Positions 10,127 through 19,761 of a stretch of 64,000 bases of DNA are shown piece by piece (positions within the stretch are counted from its first letter, which is position 1; each line of letters opens with the position of its first letter). Source of the DNA: an uncultured Gemmatimonadales bacterium (GTDB lineage: Bacteria; Gemmatimonadota; Gemmatimonadetes; Gemmatimonadales; GWC2-71-9); NCBI GenBank assembly GCA_963828735.1, contig CAWHFW010000005.1, positions 960,001 through 1,024,000 of the forward strand, given 5' to 3'. Position numbers and translations under genes: made by a program. The notes beneath the pieces were generated by a model that worked only from the letters and a program-made list of their open reading frames with translations, searched no databases and was not told the DNA's origin.

Positions 10127-12163
10127 ATGCTTCGAAACCTCACGTGGCTCCTGGTGGCCCTGGCGGGCGCCACCGGGTGGGGGACCCTGGCACTGCATCG
10201 CGGCGAGACCGTCAGCGCCGCCTGGCTCGTCCTCGCCGCCGTCTCCACCTACCTCATCGCCTTCCGCTTCTATAGCCGTTTCCTCGCCGACCGGGTGTTC
10301 GGCCTCAACGACCGGCGCGCCACGCCGGCCGAGCGGCTGGCCAACGGACGGGACTACGTGCCAACTTCGCGGTGGGTCCTGTTCGGTCACCACTTCGCGG
10401 CCATCGCGGGCGCCGGGCCCCTGGTCGGACCGGTGCTCGCGGCGCAGTTCGGCTACCTGCCCGGAACGATCTGGATCGTGGTCGGGGTGGTGCTCGCCGG
10501 GGCAGTGCAGGACTTCGTCATTCTGTTCGGCTCGATGCGGCGGGACGGCAAGTCGCTTGGCCAGATGGCCAAGGAGGAGACCGGGCCGATCACCGGGGTC
10601 CTCGCCATGGTCGCGGTGCTCGCGATCATGGTCATTCTCCTCGCGGTGCTCGCGCTCGTGGTGGTGAACGCGCTCAAGGACAGTCCATGGGGTGTGTTCA
10701 CCATCCTGTGCACCATGCCGATCGCCATCCTGATGGGCTTCTGGATGAAGGTGTGGCGGCCGGGCCGGACGCTCGAGGCGTCGGCCGCGGGCGTAGTGCT
10801 GCTGCTGCTCGCGCTCGTGGGCGGCCGCTACGTAGCCGCGTCGGCGACGCTGGCGCCGCTGTTCACCTGGTCGGGGATCACCATCGCCTACACGGTGATC
10901 GGCTACGGCTTCGTGGCGAGCGTGCTCCCGGTGTGGATGCTGCTCTGCCCGCGGGACTACCTCTCGACGTTCATGAAGATCGGGACGATCCTCCTGCTGG
11001 CGCTGGGCATCCTGATCGCGCTGCCACCGCTCCGGATGCCGGCGGTGACGCCTTTCATCGATGGGACCGGGCCGGTGTTCGCCGGCAAGCTGTTCCCGTT
11101 CGCGTTCATCACCATCGCCTGCGGCGCCATCAGCGGGTTCCACGCGCTGGTGTCCTCCGGCACGACGCCGAAGATGCTGACCCGAGAGAGCGACGCTCGT
11201 CTCATCGGGTACGGTGGGATGCTCATGGAGTCGTTCGTCGCGGTCATGGCGCTCTGCGCGGCCACGCTGCTCGATCCCGGCGTCTACTTCGCCATCAACG
11301 CACCCCTGGCGACGCTGGGTGGAACGCCGGAGTCCGCCGCCGCCGTGATCCGCGGTTGGGGGTTCACGATCACCCCGGACCAGATCACCGGTCTCGCCAA
11401 GGAGGTCGGCGAACAGACGCTGCTGGGGCGCGCGGGCGGCGCGCCCTCGCTCGCGGTGGGCATGGCGCACATCCTGAGCGGGGCTTTCGGCCAGGGGCTG
11501 ATGGCCCTCTGGTACCACTTCGCCATCATGTTCGAGGCCTTGTTCATCCTGACCACGGTGGACACCGGAACCCGCGTGGGGCGGTTCATGCTGCAGGAGC
11601 TGGTGGGTCACGTCTGGGAGCCGCTCGGCCGGACGTCGTGGTATCCGAGCACCATCCTCGCGTCGGCGACGGTCGTGGCCGGCTGGGGCTATTTCCTCGT
11701 GCAGGGCGTGCACGATCCGCTCGGCGGGATCAACTCGCTGTGGCCCTTGTTCGGTATCAGCAACCAGCTCCTCGCCGCCGTGGCCCTGTGCGTCGGGACC
11801 ACGATCCTCGTCAAGGGAGGCAAGGCGCGTTATGCCTGGGTGACGCTGGCGCCGCTGGCCTGGGTGCTGACCGTGACGCTGACCGCCGGCTGGCAGAAAG
11901 TGTTTGCCGCGGACCCGCGCCTCGGCTTCCTGTCGCACGCGGCGCGCACGATTGACCAGGTGGCTGCCGGATCGCTCGATGCGACGCGTGGGGCACGCGT
12001 CATCTTCAATGACCGGCTCGACGCCGTCGTGGCGATCGCCTTCATGACGGTGACGGTCCTGGTGGTCGCCGCGTCGGCGCGAGAGTGGATCCTCGTCCTC
12101 ACCCGGCGCCGCCCCGCCACCGCCAAGGAATCGCCGTTCGTGGAGACCGCGTATGTGGGCTAG
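10127..12163 (+). CDS. cstA: Carbon starvation protein CstA (peptide/pyruvate transporter)
   Basis: GHHFAAIAGAGP, PRDYLSTF, ACGAISGFH, GGAPSLAVG, LWPLFG. Confidence 0.96.
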   Translation: MLRNLTWLLVALAGATGWGTLALHRGETVSAAWLVLAAVSTYLIAFRFYSRFLADRVFGLNDRRATPAERLANGRDYVPTSRWVLFGHHFAAIAGAGPLVGPVLAAQFGYLPGTIWIVVGVVLAGAVQDFVILFGSMRRDGKSLGQMAKEETGPITGVLAMVAVLAIMVILLAVLALVVVNALKDSPWGVFTILCTMPIAILMGFWMKVWRPGRTLEASAAGVVLLLLALVGGRYVAASATLAPLFTWSGITIAYTVIGYGFVASVLPVWMLLCPRDYLSTFMKIGTILLLALGILIALPPLRMPAVTPFIDGTGPVFAGKLFPFAFITIACGAISGFHALVSSGTTPKMLTRESDARLIGYGGMLMESFVAVMALCAATLLDPGVYFAINAPLATLGGTPESAAAVIRGWGFTITPDQITGLAKEVGEQTLLGRAGGAPSLAVGMAHILSGAFGQGLMALWYHFAIMFEALFILTTVDTGTRVGRFMLQELVGHVWEPLGRTSWYPSTILASATVVAGWGYFLVQGVHDPLGGINSLWPLFGISNQLLAAVALCVGTTILVKGGKARYAWVTLAPLAWVLTVTLTAGWQKVFAADPRLGFLSHAARTIDQVAAGSLDATRGARVIFNDRLDAVVAIAFMTVTVLVVAASAREWILVLTRRRPATAKESPFVETAYVG

Positions 12164-12335
12164 GGTGGAGGAGCTGCTGCGGGTCGTGCGGCGTATCTCG
12201 GGCATGCCGGATTACGCGGCATACGTCGAGCACGTGCAGCGGTGTCATCCCGAGCGGCCGGTCCCGAGTCCTCGGGAGTTCTACGACGACTATCTGCGCG
12301 CCCGCTACGAACGCGGACCGACCCGGTGCTGCTAG
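12153..12335 (+). CDS. ybdD: YbdD/YjiX family small protein (CstA partner)
   Basis: GMPDY..YVEH...HP, C-terminal RCC; overlaps cstA. Confidence 0.9.
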   Translation: MWARVEELLRVVRRISGMPDYAAYVEHVQRCHPERPVPSPREFYDDYLRARYERGPTRCC

Positions 12336-12374
12336 GGTCGTTCTGAGGACTGAGACGTTACGGTGAGTGACACA

Positions 12375-12405
12375 AAGGGGGCATGCGCCAACGCATGCCC
12401 CCTTC
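12375..12405. terminator. Hairpin between convergent genes
   Basis: aagggggcatgcg-ccaa-cgcatgcccccttc. Confidence 0.65.
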
Positions 12406-12428
12406 GTTCTTGCACCGGCCGCCCGCGC

Positions 12429-13352
12429 TCAGCGACTCGAGCTGGGCGCCGGTTCTCCCAGCTCGGCCACCCACGCCGTGAGCCACTTCCCGGTACGACT
12501 GATCACCGAGGAGCTGTCGCTGCCGAGAAAATCGAGATCGGCGTGCCGCAGGCTCGGGTCGTCATACACGCCTCGCGCCCGCGCCGCCGCGCGAGCGTCG
12601 AGCAACGCCTGCATGCTCTCCTTGGTGCCGATCCAGAGCAGTCCGTCGGAGGCTCGAATGGCGTACCGCTTGGGCAAGCCGAAGCTGTCGGGCGCGGCGT
12701 AAACCCTGGAAAGGAGCGGAATGAGGGCGGGATCCGTGGAGTAGGAGAGCAGCGTCAGGTAGCGGACCTTGAATTCCGCGCTGTCCGCCGAGAGGAAGCG
12801 CGCCGAGAGCGAGTCCTTCGCGCCCGCGCCGAGCCGGCCGAGCACCCACGCGTCGCCGTGGTCGTAGTTCTTCGACTGCAGCCGGCCTAGGATGTCGGCC
12901 AGGACGGCGGAATCGCCCTGCACCGCGCGGCGCCGCTCGAGGACGATCGCCTGCAGCGACGGCGTGACGTCCTCGGGGCGGAGGCCGGGGTTCCGGGGGA
13001 ACGGGTTGTCCTCCGCGCCTTCGATCTGCTCGCGGAACCGGCGTGCCGTGTCGGCATAGGCGGCGTTCCTGAGCTCGGCCAGGCGGGTGAGGGCGACGAG
13101 GCCGGCGTTCCAATCGCCGTCGCCGTTCATGGCCCTGCGCGCGATGCGCCAGAGCTGTCCCGGATTCCGGAGCCCCTGGATCCGCACCACCGTATCGGCG
13201 CGCGGCGTGCCGGCCCGGAGCGCCTCGTGCAGCTCCGAATACGTCGCCCGGCCGGGCACGCCCACCCGGATCTGCACCTGCGCCTCCGCCGCCGAGGTCA
13301 CTCCGAGCAGGAGTGCCGTGAGCGCGGTCGCTTTCCCCAAACCGATCGTCAT
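12429..13352 (-). CDS. Hypothetical secreted helical protein
   Basis: Signal peptide ending AEA/Q; GGAG RBS; ATGA overlap with the MFS gene. Confidence 0.7.
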   Translation of the reverse strand: MTIGLGKATALTALLLGVTSAAEAQVQIRVGVPGRATYSELHEALRAGTPRADTVVRIQGLRNPGQLWRIARRAMNGDGDWNAGLVALTRLAELRNAAYADTARRFREQIEGAEDNPFPRNPGLRPEDVTPSLQAIVLERRRAVQGDSAVLADILGRLQSKNYDHGDAWVLGRLGAGAKDSLSARFLSADSAEFKVRYLTLLSYSTDPALIPLLSRVYAAPDSFGLPKRYAIRASDGLLWIGTKESMQALLDARAAARARGVYDDPSLRHADLDFLGSDSSSVISRTGKWLTAWVAELGEPAPSSSR

Positions 13353-14596
13353 GCCGGTTGTTTCTCCCGAATCCGTGTTGACGCGCCGAGCCACAGGACC
13401 ACCGCCGCCGCCATACCGGCCGCGCTCGCGACCAGGGCGGCGGGTCCGCTCACCGATTGATAGAGCCACCCGAACAACAGCCCGGCCGGCAAGGCGGCCG
13501 CGCCGGTCAGTGCATGATACAGGCCGAAGCCCCGGCCGGTCCGCACCGGGGAAAGGCGAGCCACCATGGACCGTTCGGCGGATTCCGTGAGGCCGGCGAC
13601 CAGGCCCAGCGCCAGGAAGGTGACCACGGCCGCGGACGGTCCGAGGGACAGACCGAGCGCGCCGACCACGCCGGCGAACACCAACCCGCCGGCCGCCACG
13701 GTGGCCCTCGGCCCGAGAAGGTCCGAGAGCCAGCCGCCCGGATACGAGCTCGCGCTCCGCACCACGTGAAGGCCGGCCCAGACGAGCGGCACCAGTGCCA
13801 CGGCCAGGCCGGCGTCCTGAAGCCGGAGCAGGAGCAGCGTTTCCGGCACGCGGCAAAAGGTCAGCGCGGTGAGCGCAAGCACCGGCGGCCAGAACACGCG
13901 GCTTCCCGCATCGATCGGGGCGGCGGCCGCCGGGCGTGCCGGCGCGACGGCGGGCACCCGGGTGCCGCGAAGCACGGCCGCGAGCAGCAGGAAGGCGACC
14001 ACGCCCGGGACCACGCTCCACTCGATGACCCGCCGCACCTCCACGCCCCGGGAAAGGAAGTACCAGGCGGCGAGGCTGCCGATGACCGCGCCGAGATGGT
14101 CGGCGCCGCGGTGGAAGCCGAACGCGCGTCCGCGAAGCTCGGGCGGCGTCACGCCGGCGATGAGCGCGTCGCGCGGCGGAGTGCGGATTCCCTTGCCCAC
14201 CCGGTCGATGACCCGGAATCCGACCACCTGCCATGCCGCGTTCGCGACGGCGATCAGCGGACGGACGAGCACTGCGGTCAGGTAGCCCACGAGGATGAGG
14301 GGACCCCGCCAGCGCGGGCGATCGGCGAGGCGTCCGCTCACCACCTTGAGGACCGCTGAGGTCAGGTCCGCCGCGCCGTCGAGAAGGCCGAGGAGCGCGG
14401 CGCCGCCGCCGAGCGTCCCGGTCACGAAGGCGGGCAGCAGGGGGTAGACCATCTCGCTGGCGAAATCGTTGAACAGCGAGACGAGCGAAAGGCCCTTCAC
14501 CGCGGGGGGGACGGCCGAAATCTCCCCCGGTGGTGGCAGGGTCCGGGGCGGCGCCGTCACAGGGCGATGGGACAGGGCATCGCTGGAAGGTAGCAT
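13349..14596 (-). CDS. MFS transporter (start uncertain)
   Basis: SLFNDFASEM, GRLADR, DRVGKGIRTPPRDA, RGRAFG; many TM helices. Confidence 0.9.
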   Translation of the reverse strand: MLPSSDALSHRPVTAPPRTLPPPGEISAVPPAVKGLSLVSLFNDFASEMVYPLLPAFVTGTLGGGAALLGLLDGAADLTSAVLKVVSGRLADRPRWRGPLILVGYLTAVLVRPLIAVANAAWQVVGFRVIDRVGKGIRTPPRDALIAGVTPPELRGRAFGFHRGADHLGAVIGSLAAWYFLSRGVEVRRVIEWSVVPGVVAFLLLAAVLRGTRVPAVAPARPAAAAPIDAGSRVFWPPVLALTALTFCRVPETLLLLRLQDAGLAVALVPLVWAGLHVVRSASSYPGGWLSDLLGPRATVAAGGLVFAGVVGALGLSLGPSAAVVTFLALGLVAGLTESAERSMVARLSPVRTGRGFGLYHALTGAAALPAGLLFGWLYQSVSGPAALVASAAGMAAAVVLWLGASTRIREKQPA

Positions 14597-14611
14597 GTAT
14601 GTTACGGCCCC

Positions 14612-15643
14612 ATGTGCTCCGATTCCGTCCGGTTTCACGAGTCCAACCTGTGGTCGACGCCCATCCGGGACCTGGGGCTGACCATCGCCGGCACCCGCCT
14701 CGAGCCGATCCTCGGTGAGTTCGAGGGCGAGCTCCGGGCCGCCGGCCTCACCCGCGTCCGCCCCAGCTTCTACCTCTCGACGGAGTGGGGCGTGCCGTTC
14801 GAGACGGTGGCCATCGCCATCCCCTTCTACCTCGCGCAGCCGGACCTCACCGCTCTGCACGCCGAGCGCGTGGGGCACGTCGAGGGATTCGACCGGGCCG
14901 ACATCCTGCGCTACCTCCGCCACGAGATGGGCCACGTCATCAACTACGCCTACCGGCTGTACGACGAGGAGGAATGGGTCAAGCAGTTCGGATCGATCAC
15001 CCAGCCGTACGGCGAGGAATACCGGCCCGAGCCGTTCAGCCGGCGCTACGTGCGGCACCTGCCGGGGTGGTACGCGCAGAAGCACCCCGACGAGGACTGG
15101 TCGGAGACGTTCGCGGTCTGGATGACGCCGGGGCTCGACTGGCGGAAGGAATACGGCGGGTGGCCGGTGGCCGCGGCCAAGCTGGCCTACTGCGATCGCG
15201 CGATGACGGCGATCCGCGAGCGCGAGCCGGTCGTGACCGCCGCCGATCTGGACGAGGATGTCGGCGACATCGAGTACTCGCTGGGCCAGTACTATGGCGA
15301 CGATCCGGAGGCACGCGCCGACATGCCGCCCGGGCTCGATGGTGCCTTGCTCGCGATCTTCGAGGACCTGCGGTCGGAGACCGGCCTGTCACTGGACGAG
15401 CCGCTCGCCCCCGCCGACGCGCTCATCCGGCGGCTCGAGTCCGAGCTCATGGCCAACGTCTTCCGATGGACGGGGCACTTTCCCGAGCGCACGCGGGTGC
15501 TGCTGCGCTTCCTGGCCGAGCGCGCCGGGCACCTGCAGCAGGGCTACGCGCGAACGCGGGAGACCTCGGCGATCGTGGCGCTCACGACACTGGTGACGGG
15601 ATTGGCGATGAACTACGTGCAGCGGGGCTCCTACCTGCCGTAG
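14612..15643 (+). CDS. Putative zinc-binding metallopeptidase (Peptidase_Mx-like)
   Basis: LRHEMGH and YAQKHPDEDWSETFA. Confidence 0.8.
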   Translation: MCSDSVRFHESNLWSTPIRDLGLTIAGTRLEPILGEFEGELRAAGLTRVRPSFYLSTEWGVPFETVAIAIPFYLAQPDLTALHAERVGHVEGFDRADILRYLRHEMGHVINYAYRLYDEEEWVKQFGSITQPYGEEYRPEPFSRRYVRHLPGWYAQKHPDEDWSETFAVWMTPGLDWRKEYGGWPVAAAKLAYCDRAMTAIREREPVVTAADLDEDVGDIEYSLGQYYGDDPEARADMPPGLDGALLAIFEDLRSETGLSLDEPLAPADALIRRLESELMANVFRWTGHFPERTRVLLRFLAERAGHLQQGYARTRETSAIVALTTLVTGLAMNYVQRGSYLP

Positions 15644-15661
15644 GCCCGCGTCGACGACGGG

Positions 15662-16651
15662 CTACCTCCGTTTCTTCTCGAAGCGCTCCGCGGCCAGGTT
15701 CACGATCCGCTCGATCGTGCGCGGGTAGTCGAGCCCGCTGGCGCCGGCCGCCATGGCGAACTCACTGGTCTTCTCCAGATAGCAGCTGGCGTTGACTTCG
15801 AGGACGTAGATGTCGCCCGTCTCGGTCAGCCGCAGGTCCACACGCCCATAGTCCTTGACGCGCAGCGCGCGGTAGGCGTCGACCGCCACCTTCTGGAGCC
15901 GCGCGCGGAGCTCGTCGGGCAGGGTCGCGATCACCGACTTGGTGCCCTTGTACTCCTTGCTCTTCTCGTCCCACTTGGCCTTGCTGTCCATGACCTTGGG
16001 GACGCCCTCCGGGAAGCCGGTGAAGTCCACCTCGATCGGCGGCAACGCCTTGGGCTGCGCGTTGCCGAGCACGCCCACGTAGAACTCGCGCCCGTCGATG
16101 TACTCCTCCGCCAGCGCCGAGTCCTCCAGCTCCTTGTGGATCGCGGCCACCCGCTCCATCAGCGCCGCCGCGTCGTGCACCAGCGACTTGCCGCCGATGC
16201 CGAGCGACGCGTCCGACCGCAGTGGCTTCACGAACAGCGGCATGCGGAGGTTGCCGCCGGTCTCGAAGCTGGCCTGGCGGGAGAAGATGGCGTAGCGCGG
16301 ATAGAGGATGTCCTCGAAGGCGAGCAGCTTCTTGGTGAGGCCCTTGTCCTGGCTGAGGTACAGCTCGCCGGGGCCGCTGCCGGTGTACCGCAGGCCCAGC
16401 AGCTCCAGCAGTCCGGTGACGGGAATGTCGCCGAAGACGTTGTCGCCGAACATCTCCATCAGGTTGAACACGAGCTCGGGCTTTCGGCGCGAGAGCCCCG
16501 CGATGAGGCGCTTGACGTCGCCGTGGACGCCGAGCACCGAGACCCGGTGCCCGAGGCGCCGGAGCGTGCGCGCCACCTGGGGCACGACCGGGTCGTACTC
16601 CTTGGAGTTCTCGTCTTCGCTGTCGAGGTAGGTCAGCACGGTGATCTTCAC
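15662..16651 (-). CDS. D-Ala-D-Ala ligase-like ATP-grasp enzyme
   Basis: YTGSG, QDK, FVKP, EEYIDGRE, YGRVDLR, LEVN; GTG start with GGAGG. Confidence 0.85.
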   Translation of the reverse strand: MKITVLTYLDSEDENSKEYDPVVPQVARTLRRLGHRVSVLGVHGDVKRLIAGLSRRKPELVFNLMEMFGDNVFGDIPVTGLLELLGLRYTGSGPGELYLSQDKGLTKKLLAFEDILYPRYAIFSRQASFETGGNLRMPLFVKPLRSDASLGIGGKSLVHDAAALMERVAAIHKELEDSALAEEYIDGREFYVGVLGNAQPKALPPIEVDFTGFPEGVPKVMDSKAKWDEKSKEYKGTKSVIATLPDELRARLQKVAVDAYRALRVKDYGRVDLRLTETGDIYVLEVNASCYLEKTSEFAMAAGASGLDYPRTIERIVNLAAERFEKKRR

Positions 16652-16661
16652 AGAGCCTCCC

Positions 16662-18275
16662 TTACTCCGCGAGGTCCATTCCCCATCGCGCGAGCGACAC
16701 GGGAATCCCGCCATAGCCGAGCAGGGCGTCGTGAAACGTCCTCGGATCGTAGTCGCCACCCGAGGCCTCGCGGTAGGCCTCGCGGAGGCGCAGCACCTCC
16801 CGGCGGCCGACCGCATAGCACAGCTGATACGTGGGCCACGCGCAGTAGCGCCGCACTTCGGCCTCGGCGCTGCGCCGCTCGATCGGCAGGTGCTCGACCA
16901 TGTAGTCCACCGCCTCGCTCGGCGTCATGCCGCGCGTGTGGAGGCCGACGTCGAGCACGATCCGGATGGCGCGCCAGAGCAGGTTCACGAGCTGGAAGAG
17001 CCGCTCCTCGGGCGTACGGTAGTATCCCATCTCGCCGGCGAGCTGCTCGCAGTAGAGCGCCCACCCTTCCACCATGACCGGCGTCCACAGATGGCGACGG
17101 ACCTCCGAGCGCAGGCCCTGCGCCGTGACGAGCTGGAGGTGGTGCCCCGGATACGCCTCGTGCACCACCATCGCCGCGATGGCGTGGCGGCAGTGCCCGC
17201 GCCGCTGTTGCGCCGCCGCCTCGTCCGGCAGCGACGGGTCGGGCGGCGTGACGTAGAAGCGCCCGCGGGGCGCCCCAAGATAGATCGGCGGAGGCTCGTA
17301 GGCCGCGAAGGGCACCAGCGCCGTGAGAAAGGACGGCGTGGCGACGATGTCCACCGGCGCCTCCGGAATCGCGGCCAGATCTCGCTCCGCCACGAACGCG
17401 CGCGCGCGGCCGAGCTCACCCCGGTACGTGTCCAGGATGGCGTCCGTCGCCGGCGCGTCGTTCCGGAGCTCGTCCACCACCTCGCGCCAGGGCCGCGGGC
17501 TCAGCTCGGAGGCCAGCGCCGCGATCTGCGCGGTGGTTTCCTCCTGGAGATGGAGCCCGTACCGCCAGAGCTCGGGCGCGCCGGACACGACCGCGTGCTC
17601 GAAGTGGAGCCGCCGCGCGAACTGTTCCTCGCCGATGGCGAACGCATGCGGATCGGCGCTGGGCTCGATCTCGTCGCGGAGCGCCGTGCCGCAGCGCTTG
17701 AGCGCCTCGAGGGCCGCGCCCGCCGCCGCGTTGAGCTCGTCCCGGAGGCCCGGCGCGTCCGCGCCCAGGGTGGCGGCCAGCTGCACGATCAGCTCGCCGC
17801 CGCCGCCGAGCATGGCGAGCGCGGAATCCACGAATACCGATGGCGGTGCTTCCAGTGTGGCCCGCGCCGCGTCGAGAAACCCGGGGACCGCGCGGAGCCG
17901 CTCGAGCCCCGCGGGCGCACGCCCACCCGCCGCCTCGCCGGTGCGGGAGAGCACGGCGTAGAGACCCTGGAACAGGTGATTGACCCAGAACACCGGATTC
18001 CGTTCGTGGGGTCGCTCGTGCTCCAGCCGGAAGATGCCGCCTCGGATCTCGCCAAGCAGCGCGGTCCGGTCGATCTCGTCCTGCAGGTCGTCCACCTCGA
18101 GCTCTTCCACCGCACCCGCCACTGAGCGCAGCGCCGCGACGTGCGCGCGCACCGCGGCATCGTCGAACTGGCCCAGCCGGCCGTCGTGCGACACCAGCCC
18201 GGCGGCGCTCCCGGCGGCGGGATCGAAGTGGTACTTGAGATCCAGGTACGATCGGCAGAGCTCGTTGATGGACAT
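16662..18275 (-). CDS. DUF885 family protein (putative metallopeptidase)
   Basis: HEAYPGHHLQ, EGWALY, DVGLH, EVRRY. Confidence 0.9.
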   Translation of the reverse strand: MSINELCRSYLDLKYHFDPAAGSAAGLVSHDGRLGQFDDAAVRAHVAALRSVAGAVEELEVDDLQDEIDRTALLGEIRGGIFRLEHERPHERNPVFWVNHLFQGLYAVLSRTGEAAGGRAPAGLERLRAVPGFLDAARATLEAPPSVFVDSALAMLGGGGELIVQLAATLGADAPGLRDELNAAAGAALEALKRCGTALRDEIEPSADPHAFAIGEEQFARRLHFEHAVVSGAPELWRYGLHLQEETTAQIAALASELSPRPWREVVDELRNDAPATDAILDTYRGELGRARAFVAERDLAAIPEAPVDIVATPSFLTALVPFAAYEPPPIYLGAPRGRFYVTPPDPSLPDEAAAQQRRGHCRHAIAAMVVHEAYPGHHLQLVTAQGLRSEVRRHLWTPVMVEGWALYCEQLAGEMGYYRTPEERLFQLVNLLWRAIRIVLDVGLHTRGMTPSEAVDYMVEHLPIERRSAEAEVRRYCAWPTYQLCYAVGRREVLRLREAYREASGGDYDPRTFHDALLGYGGIPVSLARWGMDLAE

Positions 18276-18285
18276 GGGCTCGGCG

Positions 18286-19272
18286 TCAGGCCGACGGCGA
18301 GGCGGTCAGCTCGGAATGGTCGCCCAGCGACGCACTGCCGGCGAGCCCTTCGGCGACGACCCCGTTCCCGATCATCGCGCCGTCGAGATGCACCCGGGTG
18401 AGCCGCGCATCGCGCCCCACGATGGTGTTCCGAAGCCGGCTGTCCACGATCGTCGCCCCTTCCTCGAGCGAGACGTTCGGCCCGATCTCGCTCCGCTCGA
18501 TCCTCACGCCGTCCTCGATGTACACGGGGTCGTGGATGGTGACCCCGGGGAACTCGCGCCGCCGGGCCGACCCCTTCCGGAGCAGGATCTCGTTCGTCTC
18601 GAGCAAGGTGTCGAGCTTGCCGCAGTCGTACCAGCCGCCCACCTCGGCGGTGAGGATGCGCTTGCCGTGCTCGATCATCCACTGGAACGCGTCGGTCAGG
18701 AAGTATTCACCCTTGTTCTTGGGGCTCGCCAGCACGTGGTCGATCCCCTGCCACAGGCTGTCCACCGCGCGGATGTAGTAGAGCCCGATGTTGGCGAGCT
18801 TCGAGATCGGCGTCGTGGGCTTCTCGACGATCCTCGTCATGTAGCCCTGGCTGTCGGTGACGACCACGCCGAAGCGCTGATAGTCCTCGACCTCCTTGGC
18901 CCAGATGATGCCGTCGGCGTTCGTGCGGTTGATCAGGGTGAGATCCGCCTCGAAGACGGTGTCCACGAAGATGATCAGCACGGGCTCGCGGACGAAGGGG
19001 CGCGCCAGGTTGACCGCGCCGGCGGTGCCGTCCTGGACTTTCTGCTCGACGAAGCGCGACGGGATCCGGTAGTGCGAACGGGCGTACGCTTCGACCTGCT
19101 CCTTCAGGTGTCCCGTGATGAAGATGAGCTCGCTCACGTCCAGCCCGTCGAGGCGGTCCATCACCCAGTCCATCACCGGCCGTCCCGCCACCTTCAGCAT
19201 CGGCTTGGGGACGAGATGCGTGTGCGGCCGGAGACGGGTGCCCTTCCCGGCGAGCGGGATGATCACTTGCAT
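18286..19272 (-). CDS. Sugar-phosphate nucleotidyltransferase with C-terminal left-handed beta-helix
   Basis: LAGKGTRLRPHT..PKP, GTAGA, WYDCG. Confidence 0.92.
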   Translation of the reverse strand: MQVIIPLAGKGTRLRPHTHLVPKPMLKVAGRPVMDWVMDRLDGLDVSELIFITGHLKEQVEAYARSHYRIPSRFVEQKVQDGTAGAVNLARPFVREPVLIIFVDTVFEADLTLINRTNADGIIWAKEVEDYQRFGVVVTDSQGYMTRIVEKPTTPISKLANIGLYYIRAVDSLWQGIDHVLASPKNKGEYFLTDAFQWMIEHGKRILTAEVGGWYDCGKLDTLLETNEILLRKGSARRREFPGVTIHDPVYIEDGVRIERSEIGPNVSLEEGATIVDSRLRNTIVGRDARLTRVHLDGAMIGNGVVAEGLAGSASLGDHSELTASPSA

Positions 19273-19273
19273 G

Positions 19274-19624
19274 TCAGCCCCTTCCGTAGCGGTCCTGGAG
19301 CCGGACCAGGTCGTCGAGCTCCGGCGTGGATGCCTCGAGCACGTCGCTGTCCACGACGGCCTCGATCTGGTGCACGAGCTTGGCCGGAATGTGCACGCTC
19401 TCGCCGGCCTTGAACGCGCGCGACTCGAGCGCGTCGCCGGGCCGGGTGCGGAGGATCAGCTCGCCCCGGAGCACGTGCATCGTCTCGTCCTTCAGGTTGT
19501 GATACTGGAGGCTCAGCACGTGCCCGGCCTTCACGTGGAGGATCTTGCCCACATAGCGGTCGCTGCGCGCCCAGATGAGCTCGTAGCCCCAGGGTTTCTC
19601 CACTCGGTAAGGCACGTCTGGCAC
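19274..19624 (-). CDS. Cupin protein (mannose-6-phosphate isomerase type II-like)
   Basis: VEKPWG, LSLQYH..KDE, EASTPELDD; GGAGGA RBS. Confidence 0.88.
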   Translation of the reverse strand: MPDVPYRVEKPWGYELIWARSDRYVGKILHVKAGHVLSLQYHNLKDETMHVLRGELILRTRPGDALESRAFKAGESVHIPAKLVHQIEAVVDSDVLEASTPELDDLVRLQDRYGRG

Positions 19625-19761
19625 GGATGATCCTCCTGCGGGCGGGACGACGAACCTTCGCGGCGGAAATATAGGCTCGGCGGGGGCGGCGATGAATGGC
19701 GCCGATCGACGATCAGGAGCCACGGCGACATCACGCGTCGCCGCCGCGACGCGTGATTGGG

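Noticed and set aside
9653..12205. 850-aa antisense ORF and many similar long ORFs (e.g. 26799-29312, 20596-22587, 39062-41089, 56049-58034)
   Set aside because: Shadow frames of real GC-rich genes; Arg/Gly/His-biased with no motifs.
12153..12335. YbdD/YjiX as a selenoprotein
   Set aside because: It ends tgc-tgc-tag (Cys-Cys-stop), with no UGA.
15662..16651. Canonical ddl or van ligase
   Set aside because: Lacks the Ddl N-terminal signature and has no mur or van context.
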